Virus record (IMG/VR): IMGVR_UViG_3300030390_001081
Coordinates: 1-64,000 of that record
Length of the DNA: 64,000 nt
Origin: an uncultured virus (IMG/VR IMGVR_UViG_3300030390_001081)
Lineage: Duplodnaviria; Heunggongvirae; Uroviricota; Caudoviricetes
Direction: 5' to 3' (one strand)
The notes under the pieces are model-generated. The model had not been told where the DNA came from. It saw only the letters and a list, made by a program, of their open reading frames with translations, and searched no databases. This document shows positions 36,614-46,085 of the stretch, piece by piece. Numbering within the stretch: position 1 is the first letter of the stretch; each line of letters opens with the position of its first letter. The position numbers and the translations under genes are program-made.

Positions 36614-37510
36614 ATGGCTACATTAAATGAAATAGCATATAATATTAAAAACCTTGCTTATGGAGGTAGTGCTACTACTTCAGAAGAATCTGTAGGTATA
36701 AGACAAATAAAATTTTGGATACACTATTACAGAGCTATGCTTATAAAAGAAGAAAGCATGAGCGGTAGAGGTGTAAATACACATTTTTTACAAGAAGTAT
36801 TATTAGGATCTTTAAAAGATTTTAATTTTAAAAATAAAACTTGGGCAGATTATGTAACGGAACAAGTTGAAGATCCTTTAGAATTTATTATATTTTCAGA
36901 AAGAACAATAAATTTATCTGGAACAGATTCTGAGGTAGTATACAATGAAGATTATTATGGTAGAGATTTTAAAAATCAACACACTTTTGAAGAAGGTGGT
37001 GATTATGGTTTAGCAATTATAAATCTTCCAAATCTTTTGCATGTAGACGGATACGGTATTAAAAATTTAAGAGTTAGAAGAAATCATAATAGTATTGATT
37101 TACCAATTGTTAGTATTAATGAATGGAGAAATAAAAAGTATAATAGATTTACATCAAAAAGTCCTGCAGCTTCAATATTAATATCTGGAAATGAAGATAA
37201 ATTAATAGTTGGCAATTTAAAATCTGTATATAGAGAAGCCGCTGGAAATTACGATACTCCAATAAGATATAGATTTTATGCTGACGCTTTATATTCAAAT
37301 CCAACAGACAATGATAGTTGGATTAATGATGATACAAAATATCCAATACCAGATGTTTTAATAAGTGAGTTAAATAGAAGAATACTTACACAAGAAATGG
37401 GCGTTGTAATGCAATCAAAAGAAGATACAATTGATGACGAAAGAGATAGTACAAATGTACAGCAGGCGGTACAAGGACAAGTACCTAACCGTCAAAGACG
37501 TACACGATAG
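36614..37510 (+). CDS. Tail ring protein (crAss-like)
   Basis: MATLNEIAYNI...RQIKFWIHYYRAMLI; C-terminal YPIP. Confidence 0.6.
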   Translation: MATLNEIAYNIKNLAYGGSATTSEESVGIRQIKFWIHYYRAMLIKEESMSGRGVNTHFLQEVLLGSLKDFNFKNKTWADYVTEQVEDPLEFIIFSERTINLSGTDSEVVYNEDYYGRDFKNQHTFEEGGDYGLAIINLPNLLHVDGYGIKNLRVRRNHNSIDLPIVSINEWRNKKYNRFTSKSPAASILISGNEDKLIVGNLKSVYREAAGNYDTPIRYRFYADALYSNPTDNDSWINDDTKYPIPDVLISELNRRILTQEMGVVMQSKEDTIDDERDSTNVQQAVQGQVPNRQRRTR

Positions 37511-37838
37511 TAGTAGTAAGAAATTACCTTATACTAGGTTTTACAAAATAGTAAAAAGGTTTTTTGAAATATTGTTTAGAGATGTAGTGCAGAGATTAGA
37601 CCTGGTACATTTACCAAATAAAATGGGTTATATATATTTGGATAAAAAAGAGCATAAAAGAGCTTTTCATTATAGAATAGATATAAACAAGTCTAATAAA
37701 AAAGGAGAAAAAGTAATTTATAAGGTTCCAATACTTGATGATTATTATTATAAGATAGTTTGGGTAAGACCACATAAATATAGAAATTGTAAAATAATGC
37801 CTTTAACAAAAGTTAAAGAAATAATTAAAAACATTTAA
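37455..37838 (+). CDS. IHF/HU-like protein within the tail module
   Basis: Basic; VHLPNKMGYIYLDK and YYYKIVW; same position as the IHF-like gene of crAss-like phages. Confidence 0.55.
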   Translation: MYSRRYKDKYLTVKDVHDSSSKKLPYTRFYKIVKRFFEILFRDVVQRLDLVHLPNKMGYIYLDKKEHKRAFHYRIDINKSNKKGEKVIYKVPILDDYYYKIVWVRPHKYRNCKIMPLTKVKEIIKNI

Positions 37839-37839
37839 A

Positions 37840-38301
37840 ATGGCAGATACAGACGTAAACGCAGCCGCACTCACGGTAACTATAACAGAATCTTTAGCAG
37901 TTGGACATGATGTTACAGCAGATGCAAGAAATTTTGCACAAACAATGACTCATACATTTGCAACAATAGCTAATGTATCAAAACGTGTTTTAAAATTAGA
38001 AAACACAAATTTAACTGAAGTAGCTACATTTGGATCGGGAGAGTCTGTAGGAACTTTTAAAAGAGCTTCTGTTAAATATATAAGGGTAACCAATTTAGAT
38101 GGAACAGCAGCTCTGCAAGTAGGTTTAGATGACGAAGACTCTGACGCTGGTTATACATCAGTAGCTGCTGCTACAAGTATTATGTATACTGGAACTACTG
38201 TAGAAGGTGGAACCGATGGATCTACATTAGATAATGCAACTGCTTTAAAAGTAAAAGGAATTGCTGGACATCAATTAGAAGTGTTTATAGCTTCTACATA
38301 A
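37840..38301 (+). CDS. Small putative virion protein
   Basis: LTVTITES, VKYIRVTNLD, LEVFIAS motifs. Confidence 0.55.
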   Translation: MADTDVNAAALTVTITESLAVGHDVTADARNFAQTMTHTFATIANVSKRVLKLENTNLTEVATFGSGESVGTFKRASVKYIRVTNLDGTAALQVGLDDEDSDAGYTSVAAATSIMYTGTTVEGGTDGSTLDNATALKVKGIAGHQLEVFIAST

Positions 38302-38312
38302 AATAATAAATT

Positions 38313-39308
38313 ATGCACACACCTGTTAATAGAGTATTTAATAATGTTTCTAGAAATCTAGGATTGAATGAATATACAGAACATATAGATACGTGGGCTG
38401 AATGGGCTTTCGAAGCAGAGCAATATATTGGTAGTTTAGATACATTTTTAGAAACAGAAATTACTTATCAATTAGATATTCCTGTAGCTGCAACTGCAGA
38501 AATAAAATTTGCAAACAATCCTGTTGATAAAGATTTTATTGAAATAGGTAGTACAAGATTTTATTTTAGAGATTTATCGTCTGCAGAAAGTTTAGGAGAT
38601 CAAGACTATATAATATCAATAGCTGCAACTTTAGATTTAACTATGGCTAATGTTGTAACTAAAGTATCGACATCATTTTTTGAAAATATAAAAGGTGTTA
38701 TTCCTGTATGGGATAGTACTACTACAATACTTACATTAACATACGGAAGAACTGGAGATGAAGGCAATAATGTAAGTTTAAATACTTCTGGAAACGCAGA
38801 AATAACAAAGTTTTTTACAGGAGGTAAAGAAAGAATACATAATAAGCAGGTAAGACTACCAGACAATATGGTAAAACTTATATCTGTAAGACAAGGTGGA
38901 AGCATTATATTTCCTACAAGTGCGCAGTTTAAATCTAAAGTTTCTGAGGGTTCAAATAGATATTATGTTAATGGTAATAGATTAAACTTTACTAACATAA
39001 GTAATACTGCAGATTTAGTTATAACTTATCTTTCTGTACCAATGTCAGAAGAAGGTTATCCAATGATAAAACAAGGACATGAAGAAGCTATAGCTACATA
39101 CATTATGTGGAAGTTTAAATTGATAGATTACTATTCTGCAAAAGCACCACAATACATTGTTAAAGATTTAGAAAAAAGATGGTATTGGCTATGTGGTCAA
39201 GCTAGAGGTAATGATAATATGCCTAACTCATCAGAGTTGTTAAAAATAGGTAAAGTATTTAATTCTAAAACTAGACCAAGATTATATGATGGTCTTACAC
39301 AATACTAA
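38313..39308 (+). CDS. Tail tubular/ring protein with an inserted domain
   Basis: EWAFEAEQYIG, EEGYPMI...EAIATYI, WYWLCGQARG. Confidence 0.65.
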   Translation: MHTPVNRVFNNVSRNLGLNEYTEHIDTWAEWAFEAEQYIGSLDTFLETEITYQLDIPVAATAEIKFANNPVDKDFIEIGSTRFYFRDLSSAESLGDQDYIISIAATLDLTMANVVTKVSTSFFENIKGVIPVWDSTTTILTLTYGRTGDEGNNVSLNTSGNAEITKFFTGGKERIHNKQVRLPDNMVKLISVRQGGSIIFPTSAQFKSKVSEGSNRYYVNGNRLNFTNISNTADLVITYLSVPMSEEGYPMIKQGHEEAIATYIMWKFKLIDYYSAKAPQYIVKDLEKRWYWLCGQARGNDNMPNSSELLKIGKVFNSKTRPRLYDGLTQY

Positions 39309-42300
39309 TGGCAAAAAAACAACCTAAAGCAAAAATAAAACAAAGCCAACCTTCTGGTTTTTTTAAAGGTATGGTGTCTGATGTTGATCCTAGATTACAA
39401 CCTAAGTCAACATATAGAGATGCGAGAAATATAAAACTTATAAATACAAGTGGTAATTCGCTTACTATAGAAAATGAGGATGGTAATAAATTAGCTGTCG
39501 ATTTAGCTGCATTATATCCTAATTATGAATATGACCCAACGGTTATAGAATATTTTAGTGAATCGAAAGATGGTACTACTGATAGTCCTTTAGATTTTGC
39601 TGGTAATATAGTAGGTCATTATTCATTTAAAAATCAATTACTACTTATTATATGTGGTATATTTAGTGATTCTGTTGACGATAAAGATTTTAGAACACAA
39701 TTTTTATTATTAGAATTTACTCCCAAAGGTAATTTTCGTACATCTACTGATTTACGAGTTTGTTATGATAATGTTGGTGAGGTTCCAAATTTAAAAATGG
39801 ATCCATTAGTAAGTTGTTCTGTAGCTGGTATAGTAGAAAATGAATGCATAACAAGAGTATATTGGACAGACAATATGAACTCTTTAAGGTCTTTTTCTTT
39901 AAAGGCAGATTTACCTAATTTGTTTATTAATGAATTAGATGTAAAACCACAATCAAGATTTTCTCAACCTATTTTAGACGCACAAATATCAGGTGGTTTA
40001 CTATCTGGATGTTATTCATATTTTTATAAATATGTTACAGATGAAGGTTCTGTTTCTGGTGTATCTCCATTAAGTAACGTGTATTATGTTTCTGAACATG
40101 CAGGTAGTTATATAGGAACATATGGTTCTGCTTCAGGTGTAATTACTGGAACTGGTTTACAAATAAAAATAAATGATGTAGATCAAAGATATGATTTTGC
40201 AGAAGTTTATGCTGTTTATTGGCAAGATTTAGAAATAGCTCCTACAGTTCATGAAGTAGGAACTATACCTATAAGTGGTACAGGAGCAGGAGAAGATATA
40301 ACATGTTTTCATTCAGTAACAGGACCTCCAGTATCTAATGGTTTAGCAGAAGTTTTAATACCTTCTAATACTTGGGATGTATGTAAAGATATTGCAATAA
40401 AAGATAATATATTATTTGCTGCTAATTTAAAAAGTATAACAAATATAGTATCAGCTAAAGAATGGAATGTAAAAGTCCGTAGGTCTTCTTTGTTAAATTT
40501 TAGTAATGCAGATCCAGATTATGGTGTATTAACTACTGCTGATCCTTTAATAAAAGATTATTATCATGCTTCAGGAAGTTATAATCCTGATAATGTTATA
40601 GAACTATTCACTGATGGTTCTTATGAAAAAATGACTTTTAATCATACTTATAGGGCGCATAGAGGTGCACATAGGTATATGCCTTTAATGACTGACGGTC
40701 CTGTATTGGGAGCGATGTCATATGGATTTCAAGCTACAGGTACAAGTGGTAACGAGTTAGGTGGATGTAGAGTTTCTTTTAATTTATCAAAAAAATCATC
40801 AGACACTACAGGTCCACAAGGTAGAACAACAATTATGTCTTATGGTAGTGGTAGTGGTGGTTATGGAGATTATTTCACAGAAGCATATACAGATGTAAAT
40901 CAAGCCAATGGTGATGGATTATATAAAGCAGTATTAAGTAATGTAGGTGGCGAAAAAGATCCTGGCATTGTAGGTAATAATAGAGGGTATCAAAGAGGAG
41001 AAACATATAGATTTGGTGTATTAGTATATGATAAAGCTGGTAATCCAGGTAATGTATTATATATAGGAGATATACAAATGCCATATCATCACGATACATA
41101 TTGGCAAAGAGATTTTGGTAATTATGGTGTAGGTTCTTGGGACACGAACGAAAGAGATGCTTTATATAAAATAGATAGTTACGCAAAAGACTTTAGAGTA
41201 TCTATAGATGCATCTATGCCAGTTCCAGGTGTTTCAAATAAATATTGTAAGCCAGATGAAGATATAAATACTGGAAGTTCAAGTCATGGGCCTAAAACTA
41301 ATTTTTGGTCAACGCCTGGACAATCTCATATTTGGAATTTTGATTTAGGTTTAATCTTTGAATTTAAAATACCAGATCATGTTAGAGAAAAAATATCTGG
41401 GTTTCAAGTAGTAAGAGCACAAAGGAGAGATTCAGATAGAAGTATATTACAGCAAGGAGTATTAAAACAAACTGTTTATTATGGAAAAACATTAGCTCAA
41501 GATGGATCTAGTACTTCATCTACTGATGAATCAAGTCATGACAGTCCTTTTTATAGTATGGTACAATTACCATATTCTATTGCTTCAAATCAATCTACAG
41601 CATTAGGAGGTCCTACAGCAGTAACAGGTACTGCAACAGGAACAACAAACGGAGGTAATATGTTTTGGCCTGAATATGATTTATTTGTGGGAGGTCATTT
41701 AGGATTAAATTATTACACTAATGCTTTGTCTCCTGGAGGTAATGCTCAAAATTATGCTAGTATTGATGATAATGCACCATTGCAATTACTTGTAATGAAA
41801 GATGCAGATGGTTATTTTACTCAAGGCGGTAGTGACAGATTAACTAATTCAAGATTTTTTGGACAAGATCAATTTGGAATATATACTAACGGAGCTTCAA
41901 CTTATTCTACAAGACACATGTCTTTAACTTGTTGGGTAATGTATTCTCCTGATTCAGCATTTGGATTACGTCCTTATAGATTTACTTCACAAGACCATAT
42001 AAGCATAGTTTCTACAATGAAATTAAGAGATAAAGTAAGAACACAAATTAGTTCTGAAATATTAGGTAACAATAATTATGGTGGTGTAAGTGGTGCAGTT
42101 CGTACATATTTTATGAGTAGTTATAATACTCCAGAAGCTAATGTAGATCAAGCTAATGAAATTTATCAATATGGTGGTTGGATGGCAACAAATGATAGAG
42201 GGGACTATTATAGTAGCATTAAAAGACAAGATAATGCAGAAAGAGCTTCTGTAGTCTCAGGACAATGGTCTGTATATGATACATATTTTCATCATTATAT

Positions 42301-45100
42301 ATCAGATTGGATTACTGGTGGTGATGGTAATAATAGTTATCTTAATAGTGATAGACTTTATGTAACTAGGTCTGATCATAAAACTTTAAATAATTTTAAT
42401 ATACCTACAAATTATGGTGTATTTGGTGGTGTCACTCCTTCCGATCAAACTAGTCCTTGGTCGCAAGCGGTAAATGTAGGTAGTGCAAGTATTAGAAAAA
42501 TGACAGCTCAATACTATAATGGTAACTATTTTAGATTAGCTAGTGGTAAACAATTGTATGATGGTGAAATAGTTGATTCATCTTTTTTTGATACATGGAA
42601 TGATGCGGGTTGGCCTACAGGAGCTAATTCAGGTGGTTTTACTAATCATTCACTAACATTTGCTCATTTATCAGATGGTGGTGCAGCATGGAGTGAAGGA
42701 CCTGTTGCACCATATTTAGATGGATCAAACTTTTCTGTAAGTCAAAGTGCAAAATCTAATAATTCTAATACTAATGGTTTAGTGGGAGGATCTGCTTATC
42801 GTTTTATGGGAGAAAGCAATAGATACTCACAAACATATAGTCAAATAAGTAGAGGCACAAGAGGAATACTTTTAAATATAAGTAAAGCATCAGTCAATCC
42901 TTTGTTTCAAGGTAATTTTAATTATTTAAATAGAGAAACAGATAATGATCATTTTCAAGGTGCACCTGATTTAGCTAGAGTATTAGTTGATCAAAATTAT
43001 CATACAAGCAATGGTTCAAAACAAGGTATGGCTAGAAAACATAAAAAAATACCTTATTGTGTTTTAGCTAATATAGTAAGAGATAATCCTGCACAATATG
43101 GAGGTAATAGAAAGGATGCTATTGAAAATACAAGATATATAGCTGCTGGTAATTTTCATCCTATTATAGAAGATAGAGTAGGACATTCATCAATAGTTTT
43201 TGGAGGTGATACTTTTGTTACATTGTATTCACATCAAGCTACTACAAGTCCTTATCCAAGATTTTCTAGATCATCATTTGAAATATTTCCTGTAGAGTCA
43301 TATGTAAATACTGCACTAAGAAGTGGATTTCATTTAGCTAACAATGATACAGAAGTTGGATTTGACCAACAGTCAGAATACGTAAGTAATGATTGGTTGT
43401 ATAATCCTGTGTATTCACAAGAAAAAAGTTTAAAAAGATTTGTGTCTGTAAGAGAAACAGATTGTGCTTCTTTAGAATTACCATATCAAATATCATACTC
43501 TCAAACAAAATTAAGAGGTGAACCTTATGATGCTTTTAGAACTTTTCCATATTTAAATTTTCACGATGTTGAAGGTGCTTATGGTGAGATTACAGGTTTA
43601 ATAAATCATAATAATGAAATTTATTTTACACAGGAAAAAGCATTTGGTAAATTATTAATTAATCCTAGAACATTTATTAATGATGCCACTACAAGCACAC
43701 AATTATTTACAGGTCAAGGTCAAACTTTAGAAACGGAACAATATATATCTAATGTTTATGGCTCAAGACATACAAGAAGTTTAATAAACAGTAATTTAGC
43801 TTTATACTTTTTTGATGTAGATAATGAAAAAATTATACAGTTTATAGATAAAAAAGGATTAAGAGTTTTAAGTGATGAAAAAGGTATAAAGTCGAAATTA
43901 TCAAGTTATATAAATAAAGGTAGACTAAAAGCTTTTGACAATTATCACGCAGATACTAATGGTAGAGTTAAAAGAAATGATATGCCTTTAAATTTTATTG
44001 GTATACACGGAACTTTTGATTATAAAACAAGAAGAGTTTTTTATACAATATTAGATGGACTTAGGGTTGATCCCACAGATAGATCAGATTATCCTGATGG
44101 AGATGGAGTTAAGACAGAAGTTATTAATTCAACAACTGTGCCTACTTTAGGTATAAATCCTTGGATGCCAACGCATAGTGGTGGATATGCTGATAGATGG
44201 AGAATTAACAATACTGTTATATATAATGAAGAATTAGATGTCTTTACATCTTTTTCTGATTTTTGTCCTCCACATTATATAAATCATCAAGGATATATTT
44301 ATACTACAAAAAATAGATTTGCTTTTAATATTTGGAATGTTTCTTGTGTAGGCTATCCTGATAGAGTAAATGGCACAGACATTTATTATGTTGGACATCC
44401 AGATTATGCTGATGTAAATATGACAACAGCTCAAACAGCTGGAGTTTGGAAGTCTAACACAATTAAAATGGGTGCTTTACAATTATGGAAGTATGGATCA
44501 GGTAATATACCAAATTGGTTTTATGGAGATAGAATGTATACTACAAATAGTGGCATAAATAATCCTTCAGAAGAATTACAATATGATGCTAATGGTAATG
44601 ATTTAAGAGAAATAAATTTAAGTTCAAAAATAATACAAACTTCTATTTTAGATTTTGCAATTAATGATTTTTCTACTGTAAATAAAAAGTTTGATAATTT
44701 AAAAATTTACGTTACATCTAAGAAACTAGAAACAGTTGACTTAGGAAACGTATATCACTATCAAAATAGAGTAAGCGTTGATGGTATTGTTGAACAAGAT
44801 GATTCAAGTTTTTTTGGATCTTTATTTTATAAAGCTACTTTTACTACAGACAATTCCAAATTAGGTGTTTATGCTTTTGAAACAAGAATAGGTATTAATC
44901 ATAAATATAGAGAAGGAATATTAAGATTTCCATTAAGAACTAATATTTCAGATATAGTTGATAATGCTGGTAATAATTTGTATGAGTTTGAAAAGTCTAG
45001 AATGACAGGAACTTTCCTTACAACAAAACTATATTCGGCTATGGAAGAAAAATTTAATATCTTTGCAATAAGCTCAAAATTTAGAAAATCATATAATTAA
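39308..45100 (+). CDS. Tail stabilisation (muzzle/nozzle) protein
   Basis: F.KGM.SD.DP...YRDARNI, VYWTDN.N, GYQRGETYRFG, FGGDTFV, HKYREG; 1930 aa. Confidence 0.8.
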   Translation: MAKKQPKAKIKQSQPSGFFKGMVSDVDPRLQPKSTYRDARNIKLINTSGNSLTIENEDGNKLAVDLAALYPNYEYDPTVIEYFSESKDGTTDSPLDFAGNIVGHYSFKNQLLLIICGIFSDSVDDKDFRTQFLLLEFTPKGNFRTSTDLRVCYDNVGEVPNLKMDPLVSCSVAGIVENECITRVYWTDNMNSLRSFSLKADLPNLFINELDVKPQSRFSQPILDAQISGGLLSGCYSYFYKYVTDEGSVSGVSPLSNVYYVSEHAGSYIGTYGSASGVITGTGLQIKINDVDQRYDFAEVYAVYWQDLEIAPTVHEVGTIPISGTGAGEDITCFHSVTGPPVSNGLAEVLIPSNTWDVCKDIAIKDNILFAANLKSITNIVSAKEWNVKVRRSSLLNFSNADPDYGVLTTADPLIKDYYHASGSYNPDNVIELFTDGSYEKMTFNHTYRAHRGAHRYMPLMTDGPVLGAMSYGFQATGTSGNELGGCRVSFNLSKKSSDTTGPQGRTTIMSYGSGSGGYGDYFTEAYTDVNQANGDGLYKAVLSNVGGEKDPGIVGNNRGYQRGETYRFGVLVYDKAGNPGNVLYIGDIQMPYHHDTYWQRDFGNYGVGSWDTNERDALYKIDSYAKDFRVSIDASMPVPGVSNKYCKPDEDINTGSSSHGPKTNFWSTPGQSHIWNFDLGLIFEFKIPDHVREKISGFQVVRAQRRDSDRSILQQGVLKQTVYYGKTLAQDGSSTSSTDESSHDSPFYSMVQLPYSIASNQSTALGGPTAVTGTATGTTNGGNMFWPEYDLFVGGHLGLNYYTNALSPGGNAQNYASIDDNAPLQLLVMKDADGYFTQGGSDRLTNSRFFGQDQFGIYTNGASTYSTRHMSLTCWVMYSPDSAFGLRPYRFTSQDHISIVSTMKLRDKVRTQISSEILGNNNYGGVSGAVRTYFMSSYNTPEANVDQANEIYQYGGWMATNDRGDYYSSIKRQDNAERASVVSGQWSVYDTYFHHYISDWITGGDGNNSYLNSDRLYVTRSDHKTLNNFNIPTNYGVFGGVTPSDQTSPWSQAVNVGSASIRKMTAQYYNGNYFRLASGKQLYDGEIVDSSFFDTWNDAGWPTGANSGGFTNHSLTFAHLSDGGAAWSEGPVAPYLDGSNFSVSQSAKSNNSNTNGLVGGSAYRFMGESNRYSQTYSQISRGTRGILLNISKASVNPLFQGNFNYLNRETDNDHFQGAPDLARVLVDQNYHTSNGSKQGMARKHKKIPYCVLANIVRDNPAQYGGNRKDAIENTRYIAAGNFHPIIEDRVGHSSIVFGGDTFVTLYSHQATTSPYPRFSRSSFEIFPVESYVNTALRSGFHLANNDTEVGFDQQSEYVSNDWLYNPVYSQEKSLKRFVSVRETDCASLELPYQISYSQTKLRGEPYDAFRTFPYLNFHDVEGAYGEITGLINHNNEIYFTQEKAFGKLLINPRTFINDATTSTQLFTGQGQTLETEQYISNVYGSRHTRSLINSNLALYFFDVDNEKIIQFIDKKGLRVLSDEKGIKSKLSSYINKGRLKAFDNYHADTNGRVKRNDMPLNFIGIHGTFDYKTRRVFYTILDGLRVDPTDRSDYPDGDGVKTEVINSTTVPTLGINPWMPTHSGGYADRWRINNTVIYNEELDVFTSFSDFCPPHYINHQGYIYTTKNRFAFNIWNVSCVGYPDRVNGTDIYYVGHPDYADVNMTTAQTAGVWKSNTIKMGALQLWKYGSGNIPNWFYGDRMYTTNSGINNPSEELQYDANGNDLREINLSSKIIQTSILDFAINDFSTVNKKFDNLKIYVTSKKLETVDLGNVYHYQNRVSVDGIVEQDDSSFFGSLFYKATFTTDNSKLGVYAFETRIGINHKYREGILRFPLRTNISDIVDNAGNNLYEFEKSRMTGTFLTTKLYSAMEEKFNIFAISSKFRKSYN
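45058..45065 (+). promoter_or_regulatory. Bacteroidota -7 element TATCTTTG upstream of the cargo genes
   Basis: Motif 36 nt before ATG 45102, inside the muzzle 3' end. Confidence 0.45.
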
Positions 45101-45101
45101 G

Positions 45102-46085
45102 ATGGCTATAGATTATAGAAACGTATATTCGGACTTTATAGATAGTGGTGATGTGAGCATGGATAAAGAGAACCCTAATGTTAGTTCTCCATATACAGGC
45201 ACATTAAATGAACCTACTAGTGATATGATAATGGAGAATATAGATCCTTTGCAAACAGGAATGGATCCATCGTCTGCAATACAAACAGGAATATCTATAC
45301 AGTCGCAAGGTAAAAAAATACTAGAAAATTTAGGAATAGAGAACCCTTTTGCTAATCCATATGCAACTGAAGGTACACCTGGATTTGCACAAACAGAATT
45401 AGGAGGTAATGTTATGTTTAAAGAAGTACCTGCCTCTGAAGCAACTGCATTTCAGAATCAAACAACAAATCAAATATTTCAGTCTGATCAGTTATATACT
45501 GAAAGCGGTCAAGCATTTGATTCTCTTAATGCAGGAGCAGAAGCTGGAGTAGATCCTGCAACACTTACACAAGGATCAGAAATGGCTAATACTGTTCCTG
45601 TAGCATCAACAAGCACAGGTACTTTTTTAACTGATTTATCAGGACAAGGAGGTAGTGCTGCGGCAACACAAGCTGGTAGCGTTACAGCATTAGTGGGTAC
45701 AGGTATAAAAATGTTAGCAGACGATAAAGATCCTACCACAATGAATGTTGGTGAAACTGTAGGTACTGGATTGCAAGGTGGTGGTACAGGTGTGGCGCTT
45801 GCTGGTTATGCTGCAAAAGCAGGTATATTTGGAGCAGCAGGATCAACCGCATTATTATCGGCTATTCCTGTTATAGGAATCGCAGCAGCAGCTTTTACTT
45901 TACTTAGAGGTAAAAAGAAAAGAGATGAAGCTAGAAAATTAGCTAAAGAGCAAGAGATACAAGGTGAAACAATGAATCAATACAGAGATTCTTTTGATAA
46001 CTATGCTGCTCGTAGACAGAGATTTTTAGCAGAACAAAATAAACAACAACAAGACGCAGGTCTTAAAAATATATACTCAGCATAA
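45102..46085 (+). CDS. Putative ejection (cargo) protein with Gly/Ala-rich membrane segments
   Basis: GTGLQGGGTGVALAGYAAKAGIFGAAG...PVIGIAAAAF followed by a basic coiled coil. Confidence 0.6.
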   Translation: MAIDYRNVYSDFIDSGDVSMDKENPNVSSPYTGTLNEPTSDMIMENIDPLQTGMDPSSAIQTGISIQSQGKKILENLGIENPFANPYATEGTPGFAQTELGGNVMFKEVPASEATAFQNQTTNQIFQSDQLYTESGQAFDSLNAGAEAGVDPATLTQGSEMANTVPVASTSTGTFLTDLSGQGGSAAATQAGSVTALVGTGIKMLADDKDPTTMNVGETVGTGLQGGGTGVALAGYAAKAGIFGAAGSTALLSAIPVIGIAAAAFTLLRGKKKRDEARKLAKEQEIQGETMNQYRDSFDNYAARRQRFLAEQNKQQQDAGLKNIYSA

